In this document: positions 51,111-63,671 of the stretch, piece after piece | Numbering within the stretch: the first letter of the stretch is position 1 | Layout: every line of letters starts with the position of its first letter | Assembly: GCA_021613535.1 (NCBI GenBank) | Contig: CP075494.1 | Location: 4,340,001-4,404,000 of the forward strand | Origin: Adineta vaga | Lineage: Eukaryota > Animalia > Rotifera | Length of the DNA: 64,000 bases | Direction: 5' to 3' | Translations under genes and position numbers: made by a program | Notes under the pieces: model-generated | What the model was told of the DNA's origin: nothing | Seen by the model: the letters and a program-made list of their open reading frames with translations, nothing else | Database searches by the model: none

Positions 51111-52841
51111 ATGTATTGGAAAAGTTATGTTTTCATATTTTTCTTTATATTCCTTGAACAAACAATTGGACAAGATATACGATCAATTCGAATGTCTTCA
51201 TTAGTTAATTTAACATTTCAATGTGCACAGACAACTTGTTCATCATTTATGAATCTGACAAAATCAAATATTCGTCAGTGTCAAATGGCTTGTTTAAATC
51301 AAGTCTATTGCAAAGCAGTTACTTATTATCAATTAACATTAAATTGTCAATTATTTGATAATTCAATTAATCAAAATGGAAACATGTCACATGTAATGAA
51401 TGCTGTGACAATGATTGCCATATCTGGAACACGATTTCCACCTGGTAAGTATGAAATAAACGATCTATAGTTTAAAGATGGAAAAGAATTGATATGGGCA
51501 ATATTCTAAATGCGCACGATTAGAACAACTAGTAGTAAGTTAATTTCACTGAGAGCATGCATACATGAATACCCGCAAAAAGTATGAATTCAAAGTATCC
51601 ATAAAGTTAATGAGTAAAAATATTTAAATTATAAATGAAGCAGACGGTCGACAATCTCCTGGTTTTATAGAAGATGCTCGACTCTCTCTCTCTCTCTCTC
51701 CTTACAATTAGCTTTGCTACGAAAATATCTTTTGAGCATTATTCAACAAATTTTTTCATTATTTGCCCATATTACAAAATATTATCTAATTATAAATAGA
51801 ATTTTTTATATAAAAATTTATTTCTTAAAAAAAATAGAGCCAACTAGCACAACAACATCGACGACAACGTCATCATCTACGTCAACGTCGTCATCAACCT
51901 CTACAGTAACACTACCACCACCAGGTTAGTAATATATGTTACTCAGTGATCATTCAGTTCTTTACCTTATATGATAGGAACAGTCCACGGGAAATATGAC
52001 TTTCGTACGGCAACGTCACACAGCAACCGTATTAACAAATGGAAATGTCTTGGTTGCAGGTGGATCTGGTAGTGGTTTTTGGAATACTGCTGAATTATAT
52101 AATTCATCGACAGGTATATGGACAACAACAAGTAGCATGATCACTCAACGACAGTATCATACAGCATCTTCATTAGCAAATGGAACGATATTAGTAACTG
52201 GTGGATATAACTCTGGTACCAGTTATGTTAGTAGTACTGAGTTATATAATCCATTAACAGGTAATTGGACTGCGACAGGAAGTATGAGTACTACACGGCT
52301 ATATCATACAACATCTTTATTAACAAATGGAAAAGTATTAGTCACTGGTGGAATGAGTAGTTCTAATACTTTTCTCGCTAGTGCTGAACTATATGATCCA
52401 ACGTCGGGTATTTGGTCAACAGTAGCAAGTATGGCTAATTCACGAGCATATCATACAGCATCCGTCTTAGCAAACGGAAAGGTATTAGTTGCTGGTGGCT
52501 CTACTACGGGCCCTTCTTACGTTAGCAACGCTGAATTGTATGACCCAACAGCTAATAGTTGGACAACTGCAGGATATATAAATGTTGGACGAGTTCAACA
52601 TGCAGCATCTGTATTATCGAATGGAACAGTATTAATTAGTGGTGGATATAACTCGAATGCTGGCTACGGTTATCTCAGTAGTACTGAATTATATAATGTA
52701 TCAACAAACACTTGGATACGTACAATCAATATGACTAGTACTCGATGTGATCATACTCTATCAATTTTAGTCAATGGAAAAGTATTAACTGCTGGTGGAA
52801 ATAGCAATGGTAATTATCTTAACACAGCTGAACTCTATTAA
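51111..52841 (+). CDS. Secreted PAN/Apple - Thr/Ser stalk - six-bladed Kelch propeller protein (apparent +1 frameshift at start of exon 3)
   Basis: Signal peptide plus PAN-type Cys pattern (CQMACLNQVYCKAVTY...CQLF), stalk exon ~51839-51924, and six repeats of RxxHTASxLxNGKVLVxGG...AELY. The phase-1 donor does not match the frame after the acceptor at 51977 unless one base near 51986 is removed. Confidence 0.8.
51682..51701 (+). repeat. (CT)n microsatellite in an intron
   Basis: Directly visible. Confidence 0.9.
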
Positions 52842-53144
52842 TAAATTTTGATGTTGTATAAGCAACCTATTTACTCATTATTGCTTTTAATTATATAAAT
52901 TTGCTTTACTAACTCATTTTTTTTAATACTTTTATGTATGTATTATCATATTTAATTTCAGTATTCATTTATGAATTTTAATTCAATTCTGACTTTATCT
53001 TTTATTTCTAATTAACAGATTTTAAAAAGAGTGAATCTTGATTATTTGTATTAATTATAAAATATAAATAAAAAAAGAGAAAAAGACACTGTCAAGATCG
53101 ATAGTTAATGTTCTGTTGCTGTCGTATATATTACGTTTGTATTC

Positions 53145-55622
53145 TTACGTAACACATCGACAATTTTTTTGTTGACCAGGAATGAAGAAATTGGTACCGG
53201 CGAAGTGTACGGCTAGATAATATATAGTTGCCCATCCCTGACAACTAAGATGTAGAGGCACAATAGGAAGAAATTTCACACAATTTTCCTGCATACTCTC
53301 AAGAAAATTTGCATCACATGCGCTTCGTATTTTGTTACATCCTCCATAGCACTGATCGTGATCATTGCAAGCAGGCGTAAATCCCCACCCATCGCCTAAA
53401 GGTTCAATAATAAAGTTATAAGGTGAACCTTCTCCTCCACAACCGTTTTGTGAAGCATTTAAAATTTGCTCAGACTTTTGTTGATTTAATCCACAGTAGC
53501 ATATATTATCTTCACAAATTAACTCGTTCGTACATTCAATCGAATAGACCCAAGCAGTATTAGTTTCACCTGCACAATTGGGACTAACATTAATTCTTAT
53601 AGTACTTTCATCACCATCTAAAGCAAAAGAAGTTACTCCACTCGCACCGACACATCCAGTTGAAAAGGTTTGTCGATTCATGTAATAAACATCAATGTTG
53701 TCTTTAATCACATATGTTTGATAGGAGAATTTCACTGTCGTATGCGCTTTCCCAACATCAATGATTCTATCATCAGGTATGTCATTTCCAGCTACTGTTT
53801 GTTGATTGCATTGACCACGAGCACCATTTGTTTGAGCAGAAAATGTATTTAATTTAGTTGGATCTAAGTCGTTGATATTTCTAGCAGCTCGAGTATTCGA
53901 TTGAACACTAATAAGATTACTTGCATTTAAAGGTATTATCATAGATTCTTCTCCGGGAACCAAAGCAACAATTGTAAAATCACTCATTTGACTAAATGAT
54001 TGTGATTGCCATTGAAATTGTGAAATATGTTGAGAGGCTGTACGAAGTGCTTCAGGAATTGTCACCGTCATGTCTTGAACAACGAGCGAACAAAACGATT
54101 TGCCACTATCGGGTACTTTTGAGCATATATCAACAATTGGATAAGCTTGAAATAATTGTAAATATGCATAACTCTGTTGAGTAATGGTTGTACGAAACTT
54201 ATTTGAATCAAAATACTTATCAAACAATGAGTCATTGGTTGGTAATGGAACATAATATCGTCCTCCACCCATATTTAACATAATTACACTTTTATTGCCT
54301 TGATTTGTGTCAAGATAATTCAATATTAAGGTACCACTATCGACTGATCGACTATTAATCTTATTGTTCAGTTCGACAAGAATTCCAGAGAAAATATTGG
54401 GCACCGATTCATTTTGTGGGAAGCTAAATACTGGTTTTGGAAATGTTATATTAGGTTTCTGATACGTAGTTGATATTTCGTAGGAATTATTTTTTAGTAC
54501 AAGTAATGCTTTATATTGATTATCGCTGTCACCATTGTTGAAAACGAATGTCTCATACAACGATCGTATTTGAACAATTTGACCATTTTTTATTGTATAA
54601 ATAGCATTATCTGTTTGGATTGCATAGATACTTTGAATATTTCCAGTGTAATCTTTTATACCGAAGACATTTACACTGTTAAATTTTATAATTTGACTAT
54701 CCTTTACATGATAACTAATTGTGCGTGCTGATGAACCCTAAACAATAACATGGGCTTTTAATCAAACATGACTGTTCGATCTATATTTACTTACGGAAGT
54801 AGAATCACCAAATAATGCAAGAACTGTATTCAAACAAATATAATTATTGGTAATAAAAATAAGATATCAACTTACATGTCGTAACATTGAATTCGATTTG
54901 ATTGAAAATATTAACGAGAGCACTCGAAATCAAACTCTTTGTTAAAGGTGCATGACGTACTAATCGAAACAGTATTTGTAACTGATCATATTCTGTAGAA
55001 TTCACTTGCCCTTGGGAGATAATCACTTTATCTTCGTTAGAAAGACGATGCTGAATTGTTCGACGGCTACGAATACGCGCTGTTGATTGAATATTTGCTT
55101 CACTGATATTAATTCGAAGGTTCTTAAAATTTGGATTCGAATAGAATTTGTTTTGAATCTAAAACCGAACAGGTTTATAGATCAAATTCGACTATCTGAC
55201 ATACAATGGTTTCAAGAAGTTTGACTTGATCACTGGTTAAATTGCCCGAACTCAATACCATCGTGTTTTCACTGAGGGTTGGTACAAGACTTCGTAGCAT
55301 ATTGTATTTCAGATCGATTGATGAACTATAAAAATCTAAATGAAATAAAATGGATATGTTGCATTTTCACTATGTTTGTTGTCCTATATACCGTCTGCTG
55401 ACAAATCTTTTATTGGTATATAGAGAGGAATCAGTGAAAGTACAATTGTACTTGCGATCAAAAAGAGTACTGTACCAATAACTGTTGTAGGAATGAAATA
55501 AGAAAACCATTTGGACCTAAAATATATGGAAGAACAACAAAATACGAGTCAAGCGAATAAGATATCTTATACCATAACGATGAAGACTGGTCATTTCCAA
55601 TCAAAACTTTATTGATTACCAT
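53145..55622 (-). CDS. Type II membrane protein with C-terminal secretory phospholipase A2 domain (group XII/IX-like)
   Basis: Spliced start MVINKVL...W/SKWF with signal anchor VIGTVLFLIASTIVLSLIPLYI. Large last exon from ~54736 contains NGCG...FTPACNDHDQCY...CD.NF...C...ATIYYLAV (His-Asp dyad). Confidence 0.8.
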
Positions 55623-56329
55623 TTATATTTGTTTCGTCTAATAGATTCTGTTATCGGAATGAAAATAAATCAATATTTTCAATACTTGCCTATCATATAA
55701 GACTATATGATTTAAAACGCTTAATGCAATTAGTAAACGAGTATACTGATATTATTCGTTAAAATCTAAACCTTTTATAGTTGATAGTACTGTTTCTAGT
55801 TAGTCATATAAAAAATACGTTTCTCCAACCATGTCTAATCGTACATATGGATGTGTCACTTCCTCTCTGCTCATTTATTTGAAATTAAGGGATTTGATCC
55901 TTATTTTGATAGTTAAATCGAAGAAAAAGGAAGTAACATACCATTAATTAGGTGTATATGAAAAATATGATGAATATCTATTTTGTTTATTTATCCTTTT
56001 TTCTTCGTAGATACATGATATGCATCATGGGTTCTCTTAGAAAATCACTTGATTTGTTGTAATTTACTCATTTATATACGAAGTCAAATAATTTTATCAA
56101 TTTTGGCACAAACTGTTGTGAAACAGTTGTTAGATAGTTTACAAAAATTGAGAGACTTTAGATGAGTAAGTAACAGTACAGACATTTTCTTGGTTTTGAA
56201 CTTTTCTCGTTTCTTGATTATATAAAAATAGCGGCTTAATGTTTACGAGATGGTGCAAACTCTGCTCGTTGAATTTAGGTAGCCATATGTTGATTGCGCT
56301 GTAGCCGGTCGACATACGAATACTTGCCG

Positions 56330-56816
56330 TCGTCGTTGATATAATTCATAAGAGTTTTTACGCATCCATGAAAACTTGTTACTCATAATTTTTTCGTCTG
56401 TCGTTTTTAACCAGCGATTAAATGGACTGAACAGCTAATAATTCATGACGAACTTGACCGAATTCATAGAATTTATTTTCACTATCACCACTTAGTTGTT
56501 CGACATTAAAAAATACTTGATTCTCAAATAGATCAGGACTAAGATATTTAATAAAATAGAAGAGCACTCGTTTGTCTTCTTCCATAAGATATGACCAATT
56601 ATGATGATTTCGATACTTTCTCATATCTTGATCATTGTAGTCAATAACTGAGAGAACACAACTTAAATAATACATAGGTCGAGCAAGATCATTATCAGGA
56701 GCTGTTGCTTTTGAACTTGTTGGACGGAAACCGAATAGATCTCGAAAGAAATCTTGAGGGTGTGGGTGTGACTGAGGATGTATTATATTCAAACCGTTAC
56801 TTTCATCGACACTCAC
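56330..56816 (-). pseudogene. Degenerate copy of an uncharacterised protein
   Basis: The ORF ends LLAVQSI*, but protein-like sequence continues in shifted frames (IAG*KRQTKK..MSNKFSWMRKNSYE). Confidence 0.45.
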
Positions 56817-56955
56817 ACCTTCAAAATTATTTTGTATATGTTTCAGCTCTTACTATGATCGGTGATCGAATGCATTCGATGACTCAGTTATTTATTCAAA
56901 GAAAAACATTGTTTCATAAGTGAAGAAAGTCAGATATTTATTGTTATCAATTAAT

Positions 56956-57852
56956 TTAGTTTTCGGTTTTACAAACCAAAAAACTATCAGAACTAATAAA
57001 ATGACAAATACCATCACCGGGTCGTTTATGTAACATACGGAATGCCACATGTTCTTTGCCAAAATTATGTGTATCCAGATGACACATAGCATACATTTTG
57101 ATATCATTGATTTCCTCATTATAATCGACAATCACTTGTTTCACAATTGTACCTTTAACAGCATGACAAAGATAAAGTGTATTGCAATCTGATGCATTTG
57201 TTTTCATTGAATGACAAACAATTGGATTACCATTACAACCAGTAATTTGACTAACTTCTAAAATAGTAACATTAAATGTTTCGGGAAATGGAAGTTGAGC
57301 TAATTTTTCATCTTCTTTCAAAATTTCAATCTTTTCATTTGAAACATCAAATAAATCGGATGCATACGATTTTATTTCATCTATTTGATGAAAACATTGA
57401 CGTATTTCACCTGGAACATTGTTATCATTATTACAGATCGAAATATTTGAGATTTCACAAGTATCAATGACCTCATCATCATCATTAATTTGATGAACAT
57501 CACCCCATGGTCCACCAAATGAGAGTGTATTGTTAACTGCTAGAGATGTTGGGTTCTGATACCATCCTTGATATAAAGAATGATTGAATGGTTTCTTCGA
57601 GTTTTCTTCATCAAATTCGTAAGGCTTTGCTTTTGAATGGTGATGATAACCGTTTGTTTTACTTCTTTCCGATACTTGAATATGATTTCGACGAACATAT
57701 GATTGTTCTTTTTCATCCGATTGAGTATCGACACTAACTGCACGAGTTCTTGGATAAACTATCCATCGCCAATTAGATTTCAAGTTTGGATTAATAATAC
57801 CATTCGAGTTTTTCAGAATTAATGCACAAATAATAATTAATATCAATTTCAT
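56956..57852 (-). CDS. Secreted BURP-domain protein
   Basis: Signal peptide; C-terminal CH-x14-CH-x26-CH-x24-CHF with AMCHLDT.NF..EHVAFRML..RPG..ICHF, matching the plant BURP consensus; intronless. Confidence 0.9.
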   Translation of the reverse strand: MKLILIIICALILKNSNGIINPNLKSNWRWIVYPRTRAVSVDTQSDEKEQSYVRRNHIQVSERSKTNGYHHHSKAKPYEFDEENSKKPFNHSLYQGWYQNPTSLAVNNTLSFGGPWGDVHQINDDDEVIDTCEISNISICNNDNNVPGEIRQCFHQIDEIKSYASDLFDVSNEKIEILKEDEKLAQLPFPETFNVTILEVSQITGCNGNPIVCHSMKTNASDCNTLYLCHAVKGTIVKQVIVDYNEEINDIKMYAMCHLDTHNFGKEHVAFRMLHKRPGDGICHFISSDSFLVCKTEN

Positions 57853-59049
57853 CTTTGAAAAGCACGAATATAAGTTGATATCTGTGAAATTAGAAATAAG
57901 ATGAGCTTATACAATGTGTGTTGTTTTCTTATCAGATCGTCAATATATATATATATCGAAAAACAGTTGGGAAGTAAATTTGCACATTACTTACATGAAA
58001 AGAAATAAATAATGAAATACTTGAATTGAAATGAGTACCTGACGTGTCAAAATATATAACTTGTATAAAGTACTGACTATGCAAATATCACTGTACGATT
58101 CTCAAATCATAGGGATCATTCATTGATCTGTAATAATGTTTATAAGATTTTTTAGAGAGAATGAAAATTTTTATAACGGAAAAAATATTCACTGCATAAA
58201 TTGAAATGACCTTTTTACGAATAATTGACTGTATTGTTCGAATATTACACGGTATGTGAATCTAGCAGCACTTTTATTTTCTCTCAGACATATCAAACTT
58301 TTCGATTTCAAGAATATGAAACCTTATTTCAAAAATTGTTTTCAGTTTACTATGCATTCAATTAATATCTTTCAATTCCACCCAGATGATCTTATAGGTG
58401 TAGAAATAAATATGAGATTGATGTAAAATTAATATCCGCAAGATACATACTCACATCTTCAAGATGAACTTTAGTCGTGTCATTGAGAATAAATTATGAG
58501 TTTCGATGTATTACAATGTGAAAAGTTTTAAATGATACGATTACGACAACTGTTTTTTATTTGTAAATCAATGTTGAATGAGTATATGATATTACTTATT
58601 ATAACGATGTCATTCTATCTAGTTCGTTTTATGGTCAATATTTGTATCTTATCTTATTGACTTTAACTCTCTCGATCTTTTGCTAAGCATTCAATGCATT
58701 TCATTCGTTTCGTCTTTTCATGCTTTTTGATCTATTTTTACCACTTACTTCTACATCCATCGATGATAATTATTTATCTGATCAGATTATATCAGCTTAT
58801 AATCTTAGCTTCACAACTGTTTGGTTAGAAGACTCACATTTGTCATGATTATACTCGACATACACCAATAGACAGAGAGAGAGAGGGGGTACACTTAGAT
58901 TTTCTACAATTTGCCACTCAAGTGTTGAGCGAAACAGAACAAATAGGTATCGGTTTTGATATCCTAAATATTTTATCTATTGATGAACCAGATGAAGATC
59001 GCAAATTTTTGGTACGAGTCGGTATATTAATTAGTAGAAGAGTTGTTTT

Positions 59050-59190
59050 ATTCACGAAGCTTCAGCAATGAAATGGAAATATAAAGCATTTCAGTTGTTA
59101 GGTCCTCCTGTTTGGGATGTTCAGTTTCATCCAAATTGGTTTGAAGATATGAACCAGAAACTATATTTCGTATTGTTCAATCACATAGTT
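59050..59190 (+). pseudogene. Possible class I glutamine amidotransferase-like fragment
   Basis: AFQLLGPPVWDVQFHPN resembles the (Q)AF....vwGVQFHPE motif; no intact gene around it. Confidence 0.3.
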
Positions 59191-59937
59191 CAAGTGTCGT
59201 GTTGGAAAGACAAGATAGTTTTGACGAAAATGAACGTGTCATATGACTCATAATTTTCTTTGCGTATTTTATCATCGATAATTTTTATTGATTGTTTCTT
59301 AAAAATCAAATGTCAATAGTGAATCATACTTTGGTTGAATTCAGATATATTATTGTTTGTTCGCCAGTCGACATCAAGAATATTCCTTAGATGTTAAAGT
59401 TAATTGTCGTATGTGGTTGATATAGATATTTGAAAATATGAAAGTTGATCGTCTTTTTTTTTGTAAATACGTGTAAAGAAACATTCAATATGTTTGACTT
59501 ATGAACTTTTCGTTTGATATTTTTCTCTTTCTTCTTTTCCGTCAACCACAACTATAGTGTTACAAACCGCCGATCTGGACGTGTATAAAAGAAAAAAGGA
59601 AAGGAAAAAAACAGAAAAGTACCTATATTCTTTGCACTTTTTACATACAGATAAAAAGTATCAAACGTGTTAACGTAGATATCAAAACCTAATCAATTCA
59701 CCATGAGGTTAAGGTTTTCTTGTTTTTCTTTTTCTCTCATTTACACATACAAATACGCATAATAACATATGAGCTATAGTTAAGTGCATTTCATCTTGTC
59801 AATAAAATACTGATTGAAAACAAGCCATCGAAGAGTAAGCATCGTTATGATCGAGATGTTTAGGAAAAGGACAAAGAAAAAGATTTAACTACAAGCAACT
59901 ACAGAGCTTCTTCATTATAAATTGTAGATTTATATCT

Positions 59938-60462
59938 GTGGTCGACGAAAATCGTTCATACAATTGTTTTTCCACAATGAACAGACAAATAGATTTTCGG
60001 TACTGGCAACAAGCACGCGATGCATTCATACAAGGAATAGGACTTATGGCTGCTAGTTTAGTTTTAGGTGGTTCTCATGCATCGAATAATGAATTTAATG
60101 GTCGACTGATCGATCAATTTCGTTGTTCAAGACTTTTGATGGATGGAATGACTATTCGTCGTTTTTATGTATACGAAACTCTTATTCGTCATAACTTTGT
60201 CGTTTTTCAAACTGACACAGGTCACACTTTTAAAGTTCATCTAATTGCCGATATCGATCCTGGATATTATTCACCGGTTTATGTTGATATCTTATCGACT
60301 TACTGGAAGCCAGGTGGAAGATATGTCGGATGCTCTAACAGAAGTGCGCTGGAGTTAAAATGGTTCGTACTGCTAGAAGTTCAAAGGTTTGGCAACTACG
60401 AAGTGGGTATCAATGATTGTCGACATTTTGCTCGATCCATAGCAGCATTTTTAGCCTGTTAA
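59938..60462 (+). CDS. Permuted papain-like (PPPDE/DeSI/LRAT-type) thiol enzyme, paralog 1
   Basis: His strand RHNFVVF precedes NYEVGINDCRHFA (cf. YxLxxxNCxHF). The true start is uncertain (ATG 59977 or a spliced upstream exon). Confidence 0.7.
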   Translation: MVDENRSYNCFSTMNRQIDFRYWQQARDAFIQGIGLMAASLVLGGSHASNNEFNGRLIDQFRCSRLLMDGMTIRRFYVYETLIRHNFVVFQTDTGHTFKVHLIADIDPGYYSPVYVDILSTYWKPGGRYVGCSNRSALELKWFVLLEVQRFGNYEVGINDCRHFARSIAAFLAC

Positions 60463-61634
60463 TCGCATGTTTTGGAAGATGTCAGAGATACTCATAGTAT
60501 AGACACTATTCTCAAATATAATAAAAATAAAATTTGATAAGTGAATATTTTTAACAATTGAGTTTTAAATGAAAATATTTCTTAGATCTTTTCATAGTAT
60601 AAATTCGTTTTCATTAGTTGTTAATTTGATCCATCATCGTACATTTTGCCGATATGCAAAATACTATACTATTCTTCAGATTCTATTTCCTATACACAAT
60701 AGGATCATTCTATATTGTATTATCATCGATCAAACATGTATGACATCATTCAATGCATCAATTAGTATTTTAACAGTAAAAAATCTTCATCGAATACTCA
60801 TCGATCAAAAGATCGCCAATTGACTATACTATGTTATTGACTGAAATAGCTATCTATATTCTCTGTTAATAGACATGCTTAATATCTACCAAAATCGTTT
60901 CGAAACAAAATAGTTGAAGGGTTATTCAAGTTTTGTCGACATCCACTCACTCATAGTGGCTGATGGTAGACTATTTCTGTCGCCGTAATTTTACTGATCA
61001 CTTGGTTAAAGACGAAAATGTATATTTATCTATTTTGTTTATTATTACAAGTGTAATAGTATTTTGAAAGTTTTGTATACTCATAAAATATTTTTTATGA
61101 TTGCCTTCATATTCTAAAATAAGTATTTGCTTAGCTGTCGAAATAAAAGAAGAAAAACAACTTCGATACAATGTCGATGTAACTATGTGCATTTGATTCA
61201 CCCTAAGTGAAAGGTTAACATTACAATATAGTTTTAAGAGGTACATTTGAAAATAATAATAAGGCTTTATTTAGTAAAGAGATTTTTTGTTACACTACAC
61301 ATCTGTATACAATTTTTACAGAAGATATAATGACGAACTTATTTTATTCCAATTTATTCTTAGAAAATTGATAAAAATTGTACTATTTGTGAAAAATGGA
61401 ATCTCGAGTATTTTTTCTAATCGAAAATTGATTTTTTTTTTGTCTCGAAAGACTTTAATCCACCTTTCAATAAGTTATCACCCACGCTGTTAACGTCATA
61501 TTTGTTAAGCTGAAAGAAAATATTGAAAGCACTTTAAAAGGATCATATTCGATATCAAAACTCAGTACCTAGCTCAAAGTGTGAATTGATCATTTCTGAT
61601 TGAAACGATTGGTTTTTCTATCAACGTCGAGAAA

Positions 61635-62906
61635 ATGCCATGCAAAGGATCATTTCAACTATTCATCTGGACATTAACTATGGTTGTTTTTATGTTCATG
61701 AATGATGAAACAACAGCAGCAGCAGCAGAAAATCCATGCAAAAATACGAGTTATGGAAAAAATACTCTGAAGCCAATGAGAGATCAAACAATCGCTGATT
61801 CTTTCGTTGACTTATCTTCGTAAGTTTCATTATCTTCAACTGGAAATAGTTTCCAAAATTAAATAATTGTCTGAAAAACCTTTTTTTTTCTTTTAGGTAT
61901 AACGAACTCGAAATGGTTCCTAATCGTTTTGAAGCATCCGACGTTGTTCTTAGTCGTGATGGTCATGTCATGTATGTTGTCTTTGATAACACTTATCAAA
62001 TAGGTGCACTCTGTACTTCATTGGGACGTTCATTTAATTGTACTGATCGTTTACTTTCATGGCCAGATTCATCATTAGATGGAAAAGACTCAAGTTTTGA
62101 AGGAGTGACTTATAATCCTCTGGCAGGTACGTATTTTGTTATACAAGAAACAATACCAACGAATTCGAAGAAAGTATTTCAAGCAAATGTTTTTGAAATT
62201 CGTATCGATATGAAAGATTCAATACCTATTCGTGTAGTTGAATCTTGTATAGTCAATTGGGAATTTGGATCAGAAAATAAAGGTTTTGAAGGTCTTGAAT
62301 TTGTTTTTCATGAACGATCGGGACAAACTTATTTGCTTGGATTATGTGAAGCAAATAAATGTGATCATACGTCAGCCTCTGGCAATGATGGACGTATCGT
62401 TGTTCTGGAAAAGAAGCAAGCCACTGCTAAAAGTAATTCATATTATCTCGAAAAAAAAAGGAAATTTTTATCAAATGTTATTTTTTTTTCAAGGAGAATG
62501 TGTATGGCAACCTGTAAGTACAGTTGATTTGCCATCATCTGTTCGTTTCACTGATTATTCAGCTATATCAATTTATCATCAAGAATCACGTAAATTACCT
62601 ACCTATGTGGCTGTTACAAGTCAAGTTAACAGTCAATTGTGGATTGGTCGTATTAATGAAATAGATGAAAAGCCGTTCTTTGAATTTTCACAACTCAATA
62701 AGAATACAGTATATAATTTACCACGAACTACCGAAACTGCATCTGAATGTCAAATAAAATATTGCAATATTGAAGGTGTAGCATGGCGAGGTAAAAATCA
62801 ACTTATTTTAGTTTCGGACAAGGCAAAAGCTGAACAAGGTGCTCATTGTATTGAAAAAGATCAAAGTGTTCATTATCTTGTGTTACCAGAACACTTGACT
62901 GATTAA
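61635..62906 (+). CDS. Secreted beta-propeller protein, SdiA-regulated/YjiK-like, 3 exons
   Basis: Signal peptide; introns 61820-61896 and 62433-62493 restore the frame; repeated blade motifs FEASDV, FEGVTYN, NKGFEGL, NIEGVAW and LVSD. Confidence 0.75.
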
Positions 62907-63671
62907 AATACTCTTCTTCTTTTCATTGTAATGGATTGATTTATCCCTTACTAATAAAAAAATAAAGAAACGCTTAACTGACTTTGCCGATATGGTCGTT
63001 TTGATTTATTATCACATCTGCACTTTCTTTCAAGCAAAGCAATCAGTCATATAATATTTCAGAGTTCGATCGTCAATGTTTTCAATATCTTCCACGTGCT
63101 ACAGATCACGTCGAGGAGACATTGATTTATGAGATAAATTTATAGATTGTTTGTAAACACTACAATTAATTGTGTTTTTCGTCAACATACATTTGAGAAC
63201 GTTTCGCATGTTACTTTTTCTACATTTCTCGTCAACAACAACAACAACAAACACAAATATGACTAACCGTCAATATGGACATGACCATAGTGCGCAGCCT
63301 CGAGAACAGAGAAAAAAGATATGCATATTCGTCGTACCTTTCCAGGTAAATAAAAAACAGCGTTATATTTTGTTATGATATGTATCATACATTGATCGAC
63401 GTACTGAAAAGTGCACATTTTCATTATTTCTTTTTCTTTTAAGAATAATACATGCACGTATATAGATAGACAAACTGATCTGAGTTGTTCTCAAGTATTT
63501 TATTTTGTCAATAGTTCAACGATACCATATTCTGAATGCTTGATAACATTTAAACAATCTTGATATGACACTTTGAAATTTTTCTTTTAATTACAGATTT
63601 TAGATTTACATAAAATCATCTTGAAATGAATTCTCTATGATAAAAACTCATTCGATCTGGTCAACAAACAA

